From the NCBI GenBank assembly GCA_030390025.1, contig CM059432.1, positions 20,896,001 through 20,960,000 of the forward strand: 64,000 nucleotides of DNA, in the 5' to 3' direction. Origin of the DNA: Squalus acanthias (lineage: Eukaryota). Positions 1 to 12,698 of the stretch are shown in pieces (position 1 is the first letter of the stretch; each line of letters begins with the position of its first letter). The translations under genes were made by a program, and so were the position numbers. The notes under the pieces were generated by a model, which was not told the DNA's origin, made no database searches, and saw nothing but the letters and a program-made list of their open reading frames with translations.

Positions 1-12
1 AGGAAAAAAAAG

Positions 13-438
13 AAAGACTTGCATTTATATCGTGCCTTTAACGACCACTCAAAGCACTTTACAGCCAATGAAGTACTTTTTGAAGTGTAGTCACTGCTGT
101 AATGTGGGAAACGCAGCAGCCAATTTGCACACAGCAAACTCCCACAAACAGCAATGTGATAATGACCAGATAATCTGTTTTTGTTATGTTGATTGAAGGA
201 TAAATATTGGCCAGGACACCGGGGATAACTCACCTGCTCTTCTTCGAAATAGTGCCATGGGATCTTTCACGTCCACCTGAGAGAGCAGACGGGGCCTCGG
301 ATTAACATCTCATCCAAAAGAGGGCACCTCCGACAGTGCAGCACTCCCTCAGCGCTGCACTGGAATGTCCGCCTAGATTTTTGTGCTCAAGTCCCTGGAG
401 TGGGACGTGAACCCACAACCTTGTGACTCAGGCAAGAG
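13..438 (-). mobile_element. tRNA-derived Deu-type SINE (SacSINE1-like)
   Basis: Body (gaaatagtgccatgggatc..., ggccaggacaccgggg) recurs at 8110, 24160 and 63230. On the minus strand it has a tRNA-like head with B-box and an L2-like tail (tataaatgcaag). Family name is from recollection. Confidence 0.75.
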
Positions 439-1149
439 GAGGCTTTTGAAGACAGGGAGAGAGGTAGCAAGGTGGAGTAACTTTGTGAGAGAATTCCAGA
501 ATGCAGAGGTATAATAGGGTACAATTAGGAACACTTTTATTTGTGCAGTGTTTTGGTGACAATTAACATTGAAAGCACTTCATATTCCTGTATATAAGTA
601 TTGTTCTCCTTCAAATAAAATGGCTGAATGATTAGATTATAGCCAACAAACAATGCAAGGCTCGGCTGCTCATTGTGAGATCTTTGATTAGTGTGTGATA
701 GATGTTTAAAATCTCTGTTTATAACAGAGATATTAAATAGCAAGTGTAGCCCACAAGGGGCATAGATTAATTCATATACATCCCACATTTATTCTACTTT
801 TATAACATGGTGAAGGTAGTGTTTGTGTTTGAAGAAATAAGAAAAGATTAAATTGAGGGGAAACAGTATTACACAATTAAATGCTTTAAAAATAAAGATG
901 AGCATTGCAAGTATGAAAAATATCCGTACTCACCTAACCACAACTTAATTCCATTGTTTACTGCCCATGTGATCAGATTGTCATGTAGTACTTCCTGATA
1001 TTTTCATGGATATTAGCGGCATCCCTTATTAATTCCATGAAGCATATAGGAAAAGGATATGTTGTGTATGAAATCAATTTATACTCCTAAGATTTTGCAT
1101 ATCTTCGCCCAGTCTTGTGCATTATGCAGAATGTTGCTTTAACCTGCAG

Positions 1150-1344
1150 ACAAGAGAACACCTGTCGAAGGCCCAGCGAGGGTTAATAGGAGAAGGAGTG
1201 TCAGCAATCATAAGAAAGCTGGCAGACACGTCTGAGGGAGGGACCAGCTACAGTGGAGACATCTTAGCCTTAATTGACATTTTGAAGAACATGACAGAAA
1301 TATTCCGCAGAACTTATTACACTCCTGTCTCTGGAGATATCCAG
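1150..1344 (+). CDS. ADGRB1: ADGRB1 coding exon (195 nt, phase 0/0): [65 protein letters not shown]
   Basis: ctgcag acceptor, gttagt donor; translation resembles BAI1 GAIN subdomain A. Confidence 0.93.
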
Positions 1345-2057
1345 GTTAGTAAAATGTGATAGTTGATTGATGGAAAAGGTGTGGGATGGAAGTTCCCCAC
1401 TCACTCCCATTTACAGCCTATCGAGTATATAATCCAACTCTGTACCTTTATAAATTGATTATGTGCTTTTCAAACCATACTTGTGAGAAAGGGGTTACAG
1501 TCGCACTTCCGGCGAAGTTGCAGAGGTGGAGAGTGAGCAGGTCCAAGGAAATTCCCGACCTTTGACTCACTTTAGCTATTGTAGTCTAACAGCCAATAGA
1601 TTGAGGAGACCTTTGTGCCAAGAATTGAGATGATGATGCTCTAACTCACTGTTGTACTTAATGCATATAAAACTGTTTTGAATGAGTTTGGACCTAGTCC
1701 CTAGTGGGTATGGGTCCACAGTACGAAACCGTCTCTAATTTGGACTTAGTGAACATTCAATTGACAGTTTCACTCAGACAAACCCACAAGGATGACTTGT
1801 GCGAGTGAAACAGAAATGCCATGTTGGTGCTCTGGGGACAGCTCTTGTGAGGTTGTGTTTGAGGCACATAATTGACAGACTTTTACCCTGCGCCTAACCT
1901 GACATTTGAATGCTGGATGCTGACATTGGGTGCAAGAAAGTGTTTCACTCCCCAGTCCTCACCTGGAAGAACAGACTAAAGTTACCAGCAAATATATATT
2001 GTTCTTCAGAGGTGCTCTTATATCATTAATCTTACAATCCCTCCTTCTGTGTTGCAG

Positions 2058-2126
2058 AATTTTGTTCAGATAGTGAGCAATTTATTATCAGAAGAAAATA
2101 GACCAAGATGGAAAGAAGCCCAGCTG
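2058..2126 (+). CDS. ADGRB1: ADGRB1 coding exon (69 nt): [23 protein letters not shown]
   Basis: ttgcag acceptor, gtaaga donor; phase 0/0; matches BAI1 [23 protein letters not shown]. Confidence 0.93.
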
Positions 2127-2614
2127 GTAAGAATTGACAATTTTAAAGCAAAAAAGCTATGTTAAAACAATTATCTATTGCTTCACTGAACTGACCACGC
2201 AGGGTCAGTCCTCTGTAGTTGCTCAAGATGGCACCCATGTTGTGATTGGGCTGTTCGCATTACAGCAATGGATCTAATGTTGAAAAACAGAAACTGATTT
2301 CTCTGACTAAAACGTAACTGCTGCACACACAAACATTGTGTAGAGACTGAGTCAAAAATCTGACAAATTACTTTTGGAGTCTGCATTTGACCTTTCCTTA
2401 GTCAATATTTTGCCCGATCCAAGTTTTGAAAACTGGTTGGTAGATGGCAAAAAGCATAGCCATTAGTGAATGCAGGTTCACCGCCTGTATAGTGCAGACA
2501 GAAAACGCTTCTCATAAATACCTCACTCTCGGGAAGGTTTTTGATGTTCACTATTTTATAGTTTGTCAACATAACACTGACTGCACTTCAAAAATAATTC
2601 ATTGATGTGAAGTC

Positions 2615-2757
2615 ACAGTGGGAGTACCTTCACCACACGGACTGCAGCGGTTGAAGAAGGCGGCTCACCACCACCTTCTCAAGTCTAATTAGGGATGGGC
2701 AATAAATGCTGGCCTTGCCAGCGATGCCCACATCCCAAAAAAATGAATTAAAAAATA
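2615..2757 (+). mobile_element. 3' tail fragment of the tRNA-headed LINE family (see 43219)
   Basis: gtgggagtaccttcaccacacggactgcagcggtt...gggcaataaatgctggcc...A-rich end; same tail at 14530, 23840, 42240 (-) and 62630. Confidence 0.75.
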
Positions 2758-2949
2758 AATACTTTGGGATATCCTGAGAGATGTGATAAGATGCTATTAA
2801 ATTCAAGGGAGTTTGTTCTTTCTTTTCTTTCCATCTGCTTCTTTCTTCCTTTAAAATCATAAATGTAACGCTGTATACATATTTACAATTTTTCTGTAAC
2901 TAGGCAATACTGGAAATCTTGCCCCTTTGAGGTATTGCCTAAACACAAA

Positions 2950-4625
2950 GGCTGCGATTTTCCCTACCGTGGCGGGTCCTGGCCCCGCTCCTGTCTCCAT
3001 CCCGGCCTCCAACATGATTTTCCCCTGATTGGGCTTGTTAAGCCCGCCCAGCGAGTTCCTGGCCAATTGAAGGAAGCGGGTCTGATGACATAATTTGATG
3101 ACGTGTCATCAGCCAGTTTCCTTAAAGAGACCATGGCCAACTTTAATTTGACAGTTGTGCTGTCAGTGTTCTATAGCATTGAGGTGCTGCAAGCACTGAC
3201 AATCACTGCACAGAGGTGCAGGGCTGCACCCAGGCTCTCCCATGACTCCCTCCATATGATTATAGAGGAAGTCACAGCATGTAGGGAGGTCCTCTTCCCT
3301 TCCCATGTGCGGAAGAGACCTCCCCAGGAGACCAACGCAGCCTGGTTGCACATTGCACAGGAGGACACAAGCAGGGATGTCGTCAGGAGGACCAGGCTGC
3401 AGTGGCGCAAACCTTTCAATGATCTCAGTAGATCACAAAATGTTACTGCCAATCCACACTCAACCTCATCCTGCTGTGCCACTCATCACATCCCCATCAC
3501 TCTGCCTTCCCTACCCTACTCCTGCACATCCTTATTCACACCAAATTACCTTGCACCTCCACCCATCCCTCTCTATCTACATTATCACTTCCTCATCTCA
3601 CTAGCCACCCCTCACACTCAACCTCATCCTTGTCCAATCATACCAACTAACAACACACAAGGGTAGGCACTTGTGTGTTTTAGCCAATGTTCATGTGAAG
3701 TTTCTGTTAATGGGCTGTCAAACATTGAAACCTTTATTTTCAACACTTTGCATTCTTGAACAGATTTGTGCACACCTTTGGAAGTGGCTTAGTGAGTTGC
3801 AGTGAATGGTGAGACATAACGGTACCCCCCGCAATGCTGATGAGTGTGAATGGAATGGCTTGGGCAATGCTGGGATGCTTTATGGTGTTGGTGTGTGGTG
3901 GTGCCAACCTGGCACATCATATGGCAGCCAGGGTGTGCAGCGTCAAGTGAAGTAAATGTGGCCATGGTGAGGCCATCCCTGGCTTCCCGGGCAGCAATGT
4001 GGTCGGGTGCTGATGCCCTATGTCCTGTGCAGCATCAAGTGATTACGGAGAAGGTTGGTGTAGTTGTTGGTGCTGCTGGTATGCCTGGTGGTGCTGGTGT
4101 TGGGGCTGATTGTGGTGGGATTCTGAGGACCAAGGTGAGATAGTATAAAGTGCACCCATGCTGATAGAATAGATGGCAGGTGAAGTAGAGATGACAGAAG
4201 TGATCTGTTAATGGTGGGAGAGGTAATGAGGTCAGACTGCATGGAAACTTGTGTAAAGACTTGCAGCATTCTGAATCTGTAGTGGAAATGCAGTTTAGAG
4301 AAGCTAATGGTTAAGGGAACATTTCTCAATCAGCTGGGGGCTTTGACTTGATATTTGAAGCTGTCAACTCATCAGCTGATTCAATGTCCAGTGACCTCCC
4401 ACCTCAGCTTCACAGACGAGGTCTAGGCACAGCGGGAAACCGGTTGGCGACCTGTCAAATTCAAAAAAACTGGGGGAAAAATCCATTGTTAAGTGGCTGT
4501 AAACAAGCCACTAATGATTTGAACTGGGTCCCCCGCCGCTGCTTGTCGGGTCTGCTCAGCGCTGGCAGACCCGACATCGGGAAATGCAGGTGTGCGCGTT
4601 TTGACAGCGGGTTCCCGACCAAATA
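2950..4625 (+). mobile_element. Non-autonomous PIF/Harbinger element with Myb/SANT-like exon (about 3200-3440); right end approximate
   Basis: Starts ggctgcgattttcc (TIR-like). Translation RAAPRLSHDSLHMIIEEV...AWLHIAQE...QWRKPFNDL is a Harbinger/NAIF1-type Myb domain. About 1.2 kb is homologous to the inverted copy at 26009-28536. Confidence 0.75.
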
Positions 4626-6305
4626 CTTCATAAAATATAATAGGGGAGCAACGAACACAGATGTGGATTTTAAAGTACGTCTGAATTGAACTCAAACTTA
4701 AGTAGCCTCAATACTAAAGACAAAAGGCCCTGAATTTCCTCGGGGCCTGGACATAATGGGAGGGTAACACTGGCACAACAAACTTGGTGGGGGAGGAAAA
4801 TCAGATGGGACCCGACAACAGCGGATTGCCACCAAGTAGAAGAGCAGTCAAGATTTGTCATCTGCCCCACACGTCCCTTATGTCACAAGGAGGCGGGGTC
4901 GGTGGAACAATTTTCCTCACTGGAATTCCTGTGGTTCTCACCTCCTGTCAGTAATCTGGATGACAGAAAGAAATCAATTCCCAGGTCATTTTTGGGACCG
5001 AAGTGGGGCCAAACAGGCTCTCCAGGCAGGGGTCATGGCCCACGGTCAAATCTCCGGAATTAATTCCTATCACTTTTTCCGATTGGTTCTCTTTATAAAG
5101 GGTGCCGATAAGCTGGAGGGTTTCAACTTTTGGTGGGGCTCACTGGCTGCATTACCAAGCAACTGGATGGTGTCCCATCATCCTATCCCATCTCATTAAG
5201 CTTCCAAGGTGCATCCTTATTAGCACGGATGCCCACCCAAAATATGTTAAAGAGATGACCCTGCCCTGACCCCAGATAGTTTGGTGGAACCTGGAGCAGA
5301 GGTAGGAGACATTCCCACACTGCTGCACCTGCAGAGGCACATGGATTCTGAGGAGAAAACAAACATTTCAGGCAAGGAATGTTAAAGAGATGCTAATGAT
5401 AACGCTCACTCTTTAAAACATGAATTGAATTTAAATTCAAGTTCAATTTAACAAATGTATTTTTTTTAGAAGCCGTGGGCTTTTGACTGAAAATGGCCTG
5501 GCAAAAGTTTCAGTAGGGACAAACAATGCTTTCATTTGTTTTTGTGGGAACAAAATGGTCAAAGTGCCGAGGCTTCTAGGATTGCACTATATTGGGTAAA
5601 AAGTGCCAAAGGAAGAAAATTGTTCACAGTTCTGATATATCCAGCCAAGTGTTCTGCTGCTATGGTTACTATCATGGATGAGGTAACTCAAAGTGAGAAT
5701 GGTTGGTAATGAGATTTTCTACTGTATCTGCTCTGTAATCACTGTTAAGTGTGTGTTGCCTGGTAACGAATCAAGAAAGAGCAGAGACTAACCAAGACAG
5801 CTTCATCGAAAGGAACCACTGACAAAAGTGATTGGGTTAGACGAGAACAAAAAACTGAGAGCCACAAAGGCCATTTTTACATGAACGCAGAATGACGCAG
5901 AGCGTTTCATATTGACGCTGTGTTATTTTATTTGTTCACAAGATGTGGGTGACATTTACTGTATAATTTTATTTCTAAATTCATTCAAACTATTTACGTG
6001 TGTTTTCTTATCACTGATTTGTCTTTTTTTCTTCTAGTTTTCTCCCGTTGTTTCTTGGGCATGTATGTCTTGCAGGGGTATGCCTCCAAGGGTAACCCTT
6101 CAGTAACTCCCGCAAGTGACCACCCTTCACTTTTGAGCCTAGACAATGTCAGTAAGCTACTCAACTCTGGGGGGCATTGTAGACAAGCCCAGCCCTATTT
6201 TATCGCACTTCTATGTGCATACAAAAAAATCATTGGCCTCAGTATCCTTGGGCTAGGTAGGGATATATTGGCCATGGTTCTTGCTTGATTACTATCCCTT
6301 CTAGA

Positions 6306-6307
<2 letters not shown>

Positions 6308-6346
<39 letters not shown>
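6308..6346. repeat. (GT)n microsatellite
   Basis: about 19 uninterrupted GT units. Confidence 0.97.
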
Positions 6347-6347
<1 letters not shown>

Positions 6348-7629
6348 TAATGGTTGAGACTCGGCTGTGATGCCCCTGAAGTTGAATAGTCTGTCAAAAT
6401 TCATTGTCTAGGCTCACTCATGAAGAATGACTATTTGGGATAGATACTGAAGAACTGATGCCCATGGAACCATACCCCAGCATGAGTCCGCATTTTCAAG
6501 TGGGGGGGGTGGGGAATATGGGAAGAAAATTGGGGAAAGCTGGGCAGGAGAGGGACAGAAGGAAGTGTATGAGGTGAGGAAAACGTAATTCTTTTATTCC
6601 ATCGATTGATATAGATAACGGCTGAAGCTTCAAATCTGACTTTCTGTGGAAGAGCACAGGCACATGGCCACCGACAAAACCTAAAACAATCTAATTCAAT
6701 GCTTCTTAAATCAACTCCCGCAAAAAAACTCTTTCACCCTGTAAGGATACGGATACCAGTAAGCCTGACAAAAATGGTTTGCCTTTCGCCTTTGTGAGTT
6801 CCTATCCCACTTTTCTGTGTCAGTTCTTTTTCTTTTCCTCTCTCTCTGCCGTGGCGCAGTTGGTAGCACTCTCGCCTGTGAGTCAGAAGGTTCTGGGTTC
6901 AAGCCAAAGGAGAAGATATTAAGAGAGGGGACCAAAAATTTGGTCATAGGGGTGGGTTTTAAGGAAGAAAGGTGGAAGGGTTTAGGCAGGGAGATCCAGC
7001 GCCTGGGGCTTAGGTGGTTGGAGGCACGGTCGCTAATTATGGCGCGAAGGGCGGGAAAAGCGAGAATGCAAATATATTACAGAATGCCCACCTCTGCTGC
7101 TCATTCCAATATTATGCACTACTTGGAGTAGTACTCCATATAGACCAGGACGGTCCTATGTTTGCTTCTACTGAGTTAGTTCATCTTGGCCAGGGCAGTA
7201 GTAGGAGTGCCTCAGAACGAAGTAAAGTCAGACGGCGTTCCTGCTTTTGTAAAGTGTATACATGTGGACCTCTTGTAAGAACAGAATTAGGCTGGATACG
7301 GCGCCTTTCACAATAAATAGCCTGTAGACACTCGGAAGAATGATGACTTGAGTGTGCTACGGGAGAGCTGCTGGTAATATGTTGGAACCATACCTTAGCA
7401 GGAGGGAAGGAATGAAAATAGTAGGGGAAGGGAGAAGGCACATGGCACTGCTTGACTAATCATTGCCACAGATAAGGCAGCTGTAGGTGAGAGCTTCCAT
7501 TCTGTACTTCCAAAATGGACGCTGGTTGTCAATTAATTGAACTGTTTTTAAAGAGTGTTGTCTCTTGAAATATTACATTTTGAGTATGTGACTGCTATAA
7601 TTCATATAATGTTTCATTTTATATTACAG

Positions 7630-7738
7630 ACTGGGCCAAACACAAAGGAAGTGATGCAAACTGTTGAGAATTTTATTGATGTCATTGGCTTTCGAATGAG
7701 CGACTTCAGGGATTCCTACCTCGTTACAGAAAATCTAG
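7630..7738 (+). CDS. ADGRB1: ADGRB1 coding exon (109 nt): [36 protein letters not shown]
   Basis: ttacag acceptor, gtgtgc donor; phase 0/1. Confidence 0.92.
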
Positions 7739-8109
7739 GTGTGCCGAGATTTATTAATTTTATTTCTAAAATGTCCTCGAGATATATTACTTCAAATTGA
7801 TTTCAGCTTTCCACTTCATGCCTCTGCTCCCCAGCACTTTTGTCTCTTACTATGATGGAGATACCAGCCAATAAAGGTCATGCCAGATAGGCCTCACCAG
7901 AGCATCTAGTCCTGGTACAGAGTTCCAGTGCGCCCTATTGCTTTCTATTCATCTTTATACTATAGTTCATGTTCTGTGCTCTTTGATTGAAGCCCAGTAT
8001 TCATCAGTCCTGCATGACAACTCACCAGTGAAATCTAGAAAAAGCCTCAGAACTCTGCTCTTCTTGGAGATTTCAGCTTTTCTATTTTAAACATGTTGTT
8101 TTAAAAAAA

Positions 8110-8545
8110 GAAAGAATTTGCATTTATATAGCACCTTTCATGACCTCAGGATGCCCGAAAGCCGTTATAGCCAATGACTTATTTTTGTAGTGTAGTCACT
8201 GTAATACTGTAGAGAAACTCAGGAAGGTTCCGCAAGCAGGTCCCACAATGAAATGAATGACCAGATCATCTGCTTTTTGTGTTGGTTGAGGAATAAATAT
8301 TCGCCAGGTCATTGGGAGAACTCCATTCCCCGGTCTTCTTTGAATAGTGCCATGGGATTTTTATGTCCGCCCGAGAGATCAGACAGTTACACATCTGAAA
8401 AACGGCACCACAAACATTGCAGGACTCCCTCAGTACTGCACTGAAGTGCCAGCCTAGGTTATGTGCTGAAGCCTCCGAGTGGGGCTTGGACCCGTGATCT
8501 TCTAACTCAGGAGTGAGAGTGCTACCACTGAGCCAAGGCTGATAC
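8110..8545 (-). mobile_element. Deu-type tRNA SINE copy
   Basis: Homologous to 13-438 and 63230-63685. Confidence 0.72.
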
Positions 8546-9398
8546 CCACATAAGATGAACGGCCCTCTGGTACAGTTGGTAAATGCACTGTTTCGTGTGG
8601 TACTAAGCCATACAGACCAACAAAGTCCCAGAGTCCATTCACGTTCTGCGCTGTTAACTACTCTTACATAGGTCAGCAGCAGGGGTACTGCAGTTGACCT
8701 CCACTCCCCTAGGTTAGTATGGGAGAAAAAAAAATCAGCCATTGCTGAAAAGATATCCAGGGCCTCTGCTGAAAATTGTATGTACGTGCTCTGTTGGGAT
8801 AGAAAAGAGTAACTGGGAAGAGGTATGGCTATTCATGTAAAGGAGGACGTGATGATAATTCAGAGAAAATTGGGTGTAGATAAAGTGGAAACACTGTAGT
8901 AGATGCACTGTATTTATAGATTTGCAATATTAAAGGGAAAAAGAACTAACTGTTGGGATTTGTAATAGACTGCCAGGTTAAGAAGGTAAACAAAATCTGA
9001 AACATTATACTCCTAAGGAGACTGTGTGAGAGATTAAACATAATTGCAATGAATGAGTTCAGTTTATTAAGGATAAATAGGGAGGCATACAACAGGAATT
9101 GTATGCCTCCGGTTAAAATCGGCATGTCCTCATATTGCCGCAGACAGATGCGAAACTAACTGAAACTCATGGTTTTATCGCTAGAGTAAAATCAGGCAGT
9201 AAACCTCCTCACCCCCCCTCACCGCGCCCCCCCCCCCCCCCAAGTTGGGCATTCCCACAGTCAGGAGAGGTGCAAATGTAAGACAAATGAAGCAGGTGGA
9301 GGAGCAGGGAAGAGGCCAAAATATCCTCTGGTCTTGTAAGTGTCACTGTTCTGTAACGATCGTATCACAATTGCCTCTTGCTCTCTTATAGGGTCATA

Positions 9399-10094
9399 GG
9401 GGGAAAAATTAAGTCGCGCCAGCGCCCCGAAAAAATTAGCACCCTCACGGCCAGACGTCATCAGTAGTGCCCCAAGAGGGAATCGGGCCGCTACTGGAAG
9501 TGCCCCACCTTCCTCTCGGGGCGCTGCGAGGGAATATCGCGGCGCTACGTGCCGCGGTACTGCAGGCCTTCCTCCCCTTCTTAAAGGGGAAGGGCCTTGC
9601 GCAGCGCGACCCGGGGCCCAGCTGGGCCACCAGGGATCGGAGTGCCAGCAAAAGAGCCCGGCACTCAAGAGAAGTGCCGGGTTCACGGGAGCGCAGCCGA
9701 CACTCCGTGGGGGGGTGCTGCTCAAGAGGCCGGGGACGGCAGAAGGGGCAGGTGCTGGCATGTGGCCAGCAACAAAAATCACCGCCCGGCACCTCACCTT
9801 TAATTAGCGCCGCCCCGGCCGCAGGTAGGCCTCCCTGACCCCGTCGGACATAGCGTCCGGCGGTAAGTCAGGGGGCACTACCGAAGATCACGGCCGGAGC
9901 GCGAGCGGGGTGCTGCGCACAGCGATGATGTCATCGCTGGCGGCGCAGTGCCGCGGGGCGCTAACGGTTACCGCCGCTGCTAACCTCCCGCTGAATTTCG
10001 TGGGAGGTGTTGGCGGCGCTGTGCCCGGGCGCTAGTTGCTTTGTGCCCTCTTAGGGCGCTAACGGGAGGCGCAAAGCAACCGAATTTTTCCCCC
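9399..10094. mobile_element. GC-rich PIF/Harbinger-type MITE (family A)
   Basis: TIRs gggggaaaaatt / aatttttccccc; 3-bp TSD ATA (9396-98, 10095-97); inserted in a CR1 3' tail; homologous to 11588, 13910 and 26991. Confidence 0.88.
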
Positions 10095-11240
10095 ATAGAG
10101 TCATAACGGCACAGAAGGAGGCCATTCGGCCCATCGAGTCCGTGCCGGCTCTTCAGTCAGTGCAGTTTCGAAAAAGTTACGTGAATAATGCAACTATAAT
10201 TTAATCTCAAATGACTCAAATGATGCTCTGCTGTCTTGTTGAATGCGGTTGTACAACTGTTTTAATATAGTCGTTAACGCATTTAAGTGGTCCACAAATG
10301 AATTTTAGGCAAACACATTAAGGCATGTACCACCAGAGGAAATGAAACCCCCAAGAACTGAAGTGCCAATAATGTCAATACTCACTGAATTTGTGTCTAA
10401 CGCTCTGGATTCTATGAACATGAACTCAAATTCCCTGTTCTTCAAATCGTAGGTAGTAGATGTTTGTGCAAGAGCTGAATCTGCTCATTTATTACATAAC
10501 TTTCTGAAGCTATGATTCAAATGAGATTCATTCAAATGATTGAATTGAGAAATATAATAGGGTACATTACATAGGGTACATCGGGTCAGAGGAACCTTAA
10601 TGGGAAATATCACTGCACTGCAGTTAAATCATTTCTATATACTTTAGCTGCTTTATAATTGTATAATTGTTTATGCAGATTCCTGCTTTTTTCTATGATT
10701 CTTCTTATTCAATAATGCCGTGCTCATTACCTGTAAATGGATTGTGTTGAATAATTCAATGTGTTTGTATCAGCTGGTTTTAGTTACGAAGATGAAATGT
10801 TCCGAAGTACTGTAATTTTAAAGTGTTCACCACAATAAATTGAGGATGTCTGGGGAATACAATCCAGACAAAGAAAAGGCCACATTTTTCTAGCAATGCT
10901 TCTGTAAGAACGTGTGCAAAATGTACATGTTCTATAATTGAGTTCTGCAAAGGATTTTTGCTTGAGGGGATTATATTTATTGATTTCTCTCACTCTTTGT
11001 GAATGTCAAACATAACAATTTTCAAGAATAGGAAAGCTCTCGCCCTAATGTAACTTCACTTTGCCTCTTTGAATTAATTGCAAATTCAGAGCTGCGAGGC
11101 CACAAAAGAACTTCAATTCTTTTTTGTTAGAAGTGGAATAAGTTATTGGTTACTGTCTTGGTTGGTTTCCTGACACACGTGTGATGTTTCCTTCACAAAT
11201 CTCCCTGATCCTGTATGGAGTGTCACATGGCACAAATATT

Positions 11241-12698
11241 GGGCCGTATTTTGCGACCCCTACTGGTACATACGAGGTGTGTATGCACCCGTAGGGGTCG
11301 CGCAAGTTCCGGGTTTAGGCATGCGAAGCGCATGTGCTAAAACCTGGAACTTGTGATCTGTCAAGAATCTCCCTGTCAGATCACCTGCATCCCCGGGAAA
11401 TGGGCCTCCGCGGGTAGAGAGATGCGCTATTTGCCCAACTTCCGCCAGCTGAATGCCCGTGAAATTCTTACACCTGGTAAAAGCATAAGAGTTTTAAAAA
11501 ATAGAAAAATAAAAGTTTATCACTCATTTATACATTAAAAAACCTGTCCAATAAGGTAAGTTTATTTTCACCCTGTTAAAACATATAGGGGAAAAAATTT
11601 GGTTGCTTTGCGCCTCCCGTTATCGCCCTAAGAGGGCGCTAACGGGGCGCAAAGCAACTACCGCCCGGGCGCGGCGCCGCCAACACCTACCGCGAAATTC
11701 AGCGGGAGGTTAGCGACGGCGGTAACCCTTAGCGCCCCGCGGCGCTGCGCCGCCGGTGATGACGTCATCGTTGTGCACAGCGCCCCGCTTGCGCCCCGGC
11801 CGCGATCTTCGGTAGTGCCCCCTGACTTACTGCCGGAAGCTATGTCCGACGGGGTCAGGGGGGCCTACCTGCGGCCAGGGTGGCGCTAATTAAAGGCGAG
11901 GTGCCGGGCGGCCATTTTTGTTGCTGGACGCCTGCCAGCACCTGCCCCCGTTGCCATCCCCGGCCTTCTGAGAAGCCCCCCCGCGGAGTGCCGGCTGCGC
12001 TCCGTGAGCCCGGCACTTCTCTTCAGTGCTGGGCTCTTTTGCCGGCACTCCGATACCTAGTGGCCCAGCTGGGCGCCGGGATGTGCAGCGCCAGGCCCCT
12101 CCCCTTTAAGAAGGGGAGGAAGGCCTGCAGTACCGTGGCATATTCCCTCGCAGCGCCCCAAGAGGGAGGCGGGGCGCTTCCAGTAGCGCCCGCTTCCCTC
12201 TTGGGGCGCTACCATTCAATTTCGGCTGTGGGGGTGCTAATTTTTTCAGGCCGCTAAAGCAAGTTCGCACCCCAACGGGGGCGCGACTCAATTTTTTCCC
12301 CATATTATTTTTTTCAATTTTTTTTAAAAAAATTAAAAATATTTAATTAAATGGCATTTTAATTAATTTTAAATATGTAATTGTTTACATTTATTTCATG
12401 TTTTTGTGTACTTTTTAAGTGATGCCCATTCATACTTATGGAGATTCCGTACGTACGGACCTCCCATAAGTATGAATGAGGATTCCCCTTCTTTTATTGG
12501 TTGGGCCGGCCCACGTGATCCCAGAGGCGCTTGCGAACCGCCTGTGCCCCTGGGATTCGTGGGCCTCTGCCCACGGGTACCCGGAGAGGCCCAGGAGCAC
12601 GAGTCTCCGTACCTCCCGGGCCTCCAGGTAAATTCGAAGATTTTTTACAGGTCGGTGGCATCCGCCCGCGGGAAGCCTCCGACTGCAAATTTTGGGCC
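11241..12698. mobile_element. Harbinger-type MITE (family B), host of a nested family A MITE
   Basis: Imperfect TIRs gggccgtattttgc / gcaaattttgggcc; TSD ATT; shares internal blocks (ggcccacgtgatcccaga) with the inverted element at 46785. Confidence 0.75.
11588..12301. mobile_element. Family A MITE (inverted relative to 9399), nested in family B element
   Basis: TIRs ggggaaaaaatt / aattttttcccc; TSD ATA on both sides. Confidence 0.88.

Noticed and set aside
1117..1359. Stand-alone 80-aa ORF
   Set aside because: It is an internal ADGRB1 exon plus intron flanks. The same holds for ORFs 7555-7800 and 15888-16154.
3103..3666. Host gene NAIF1/MSANTD
   Set aside because: Multi-copy, TIR-associated and intronic; the ORF runs on into low-complexity, probably intronic sequence.
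6848..6905. tRNA-like sequence with A and B boxes
   Set aside because: It matches the Deu-SINE head and lacks a complete acceptor stem, so it is not a tRNA gene. The same applies to the heads at 23563, 35412 and 43219.
9261..9838. Overlapping 115-178 aa ORFs (also at 11880, 27025-27682, 62116-62776)
   Set aside because: They result from GC-rich MITE sequence lacking stop codons; no recognisable domains.
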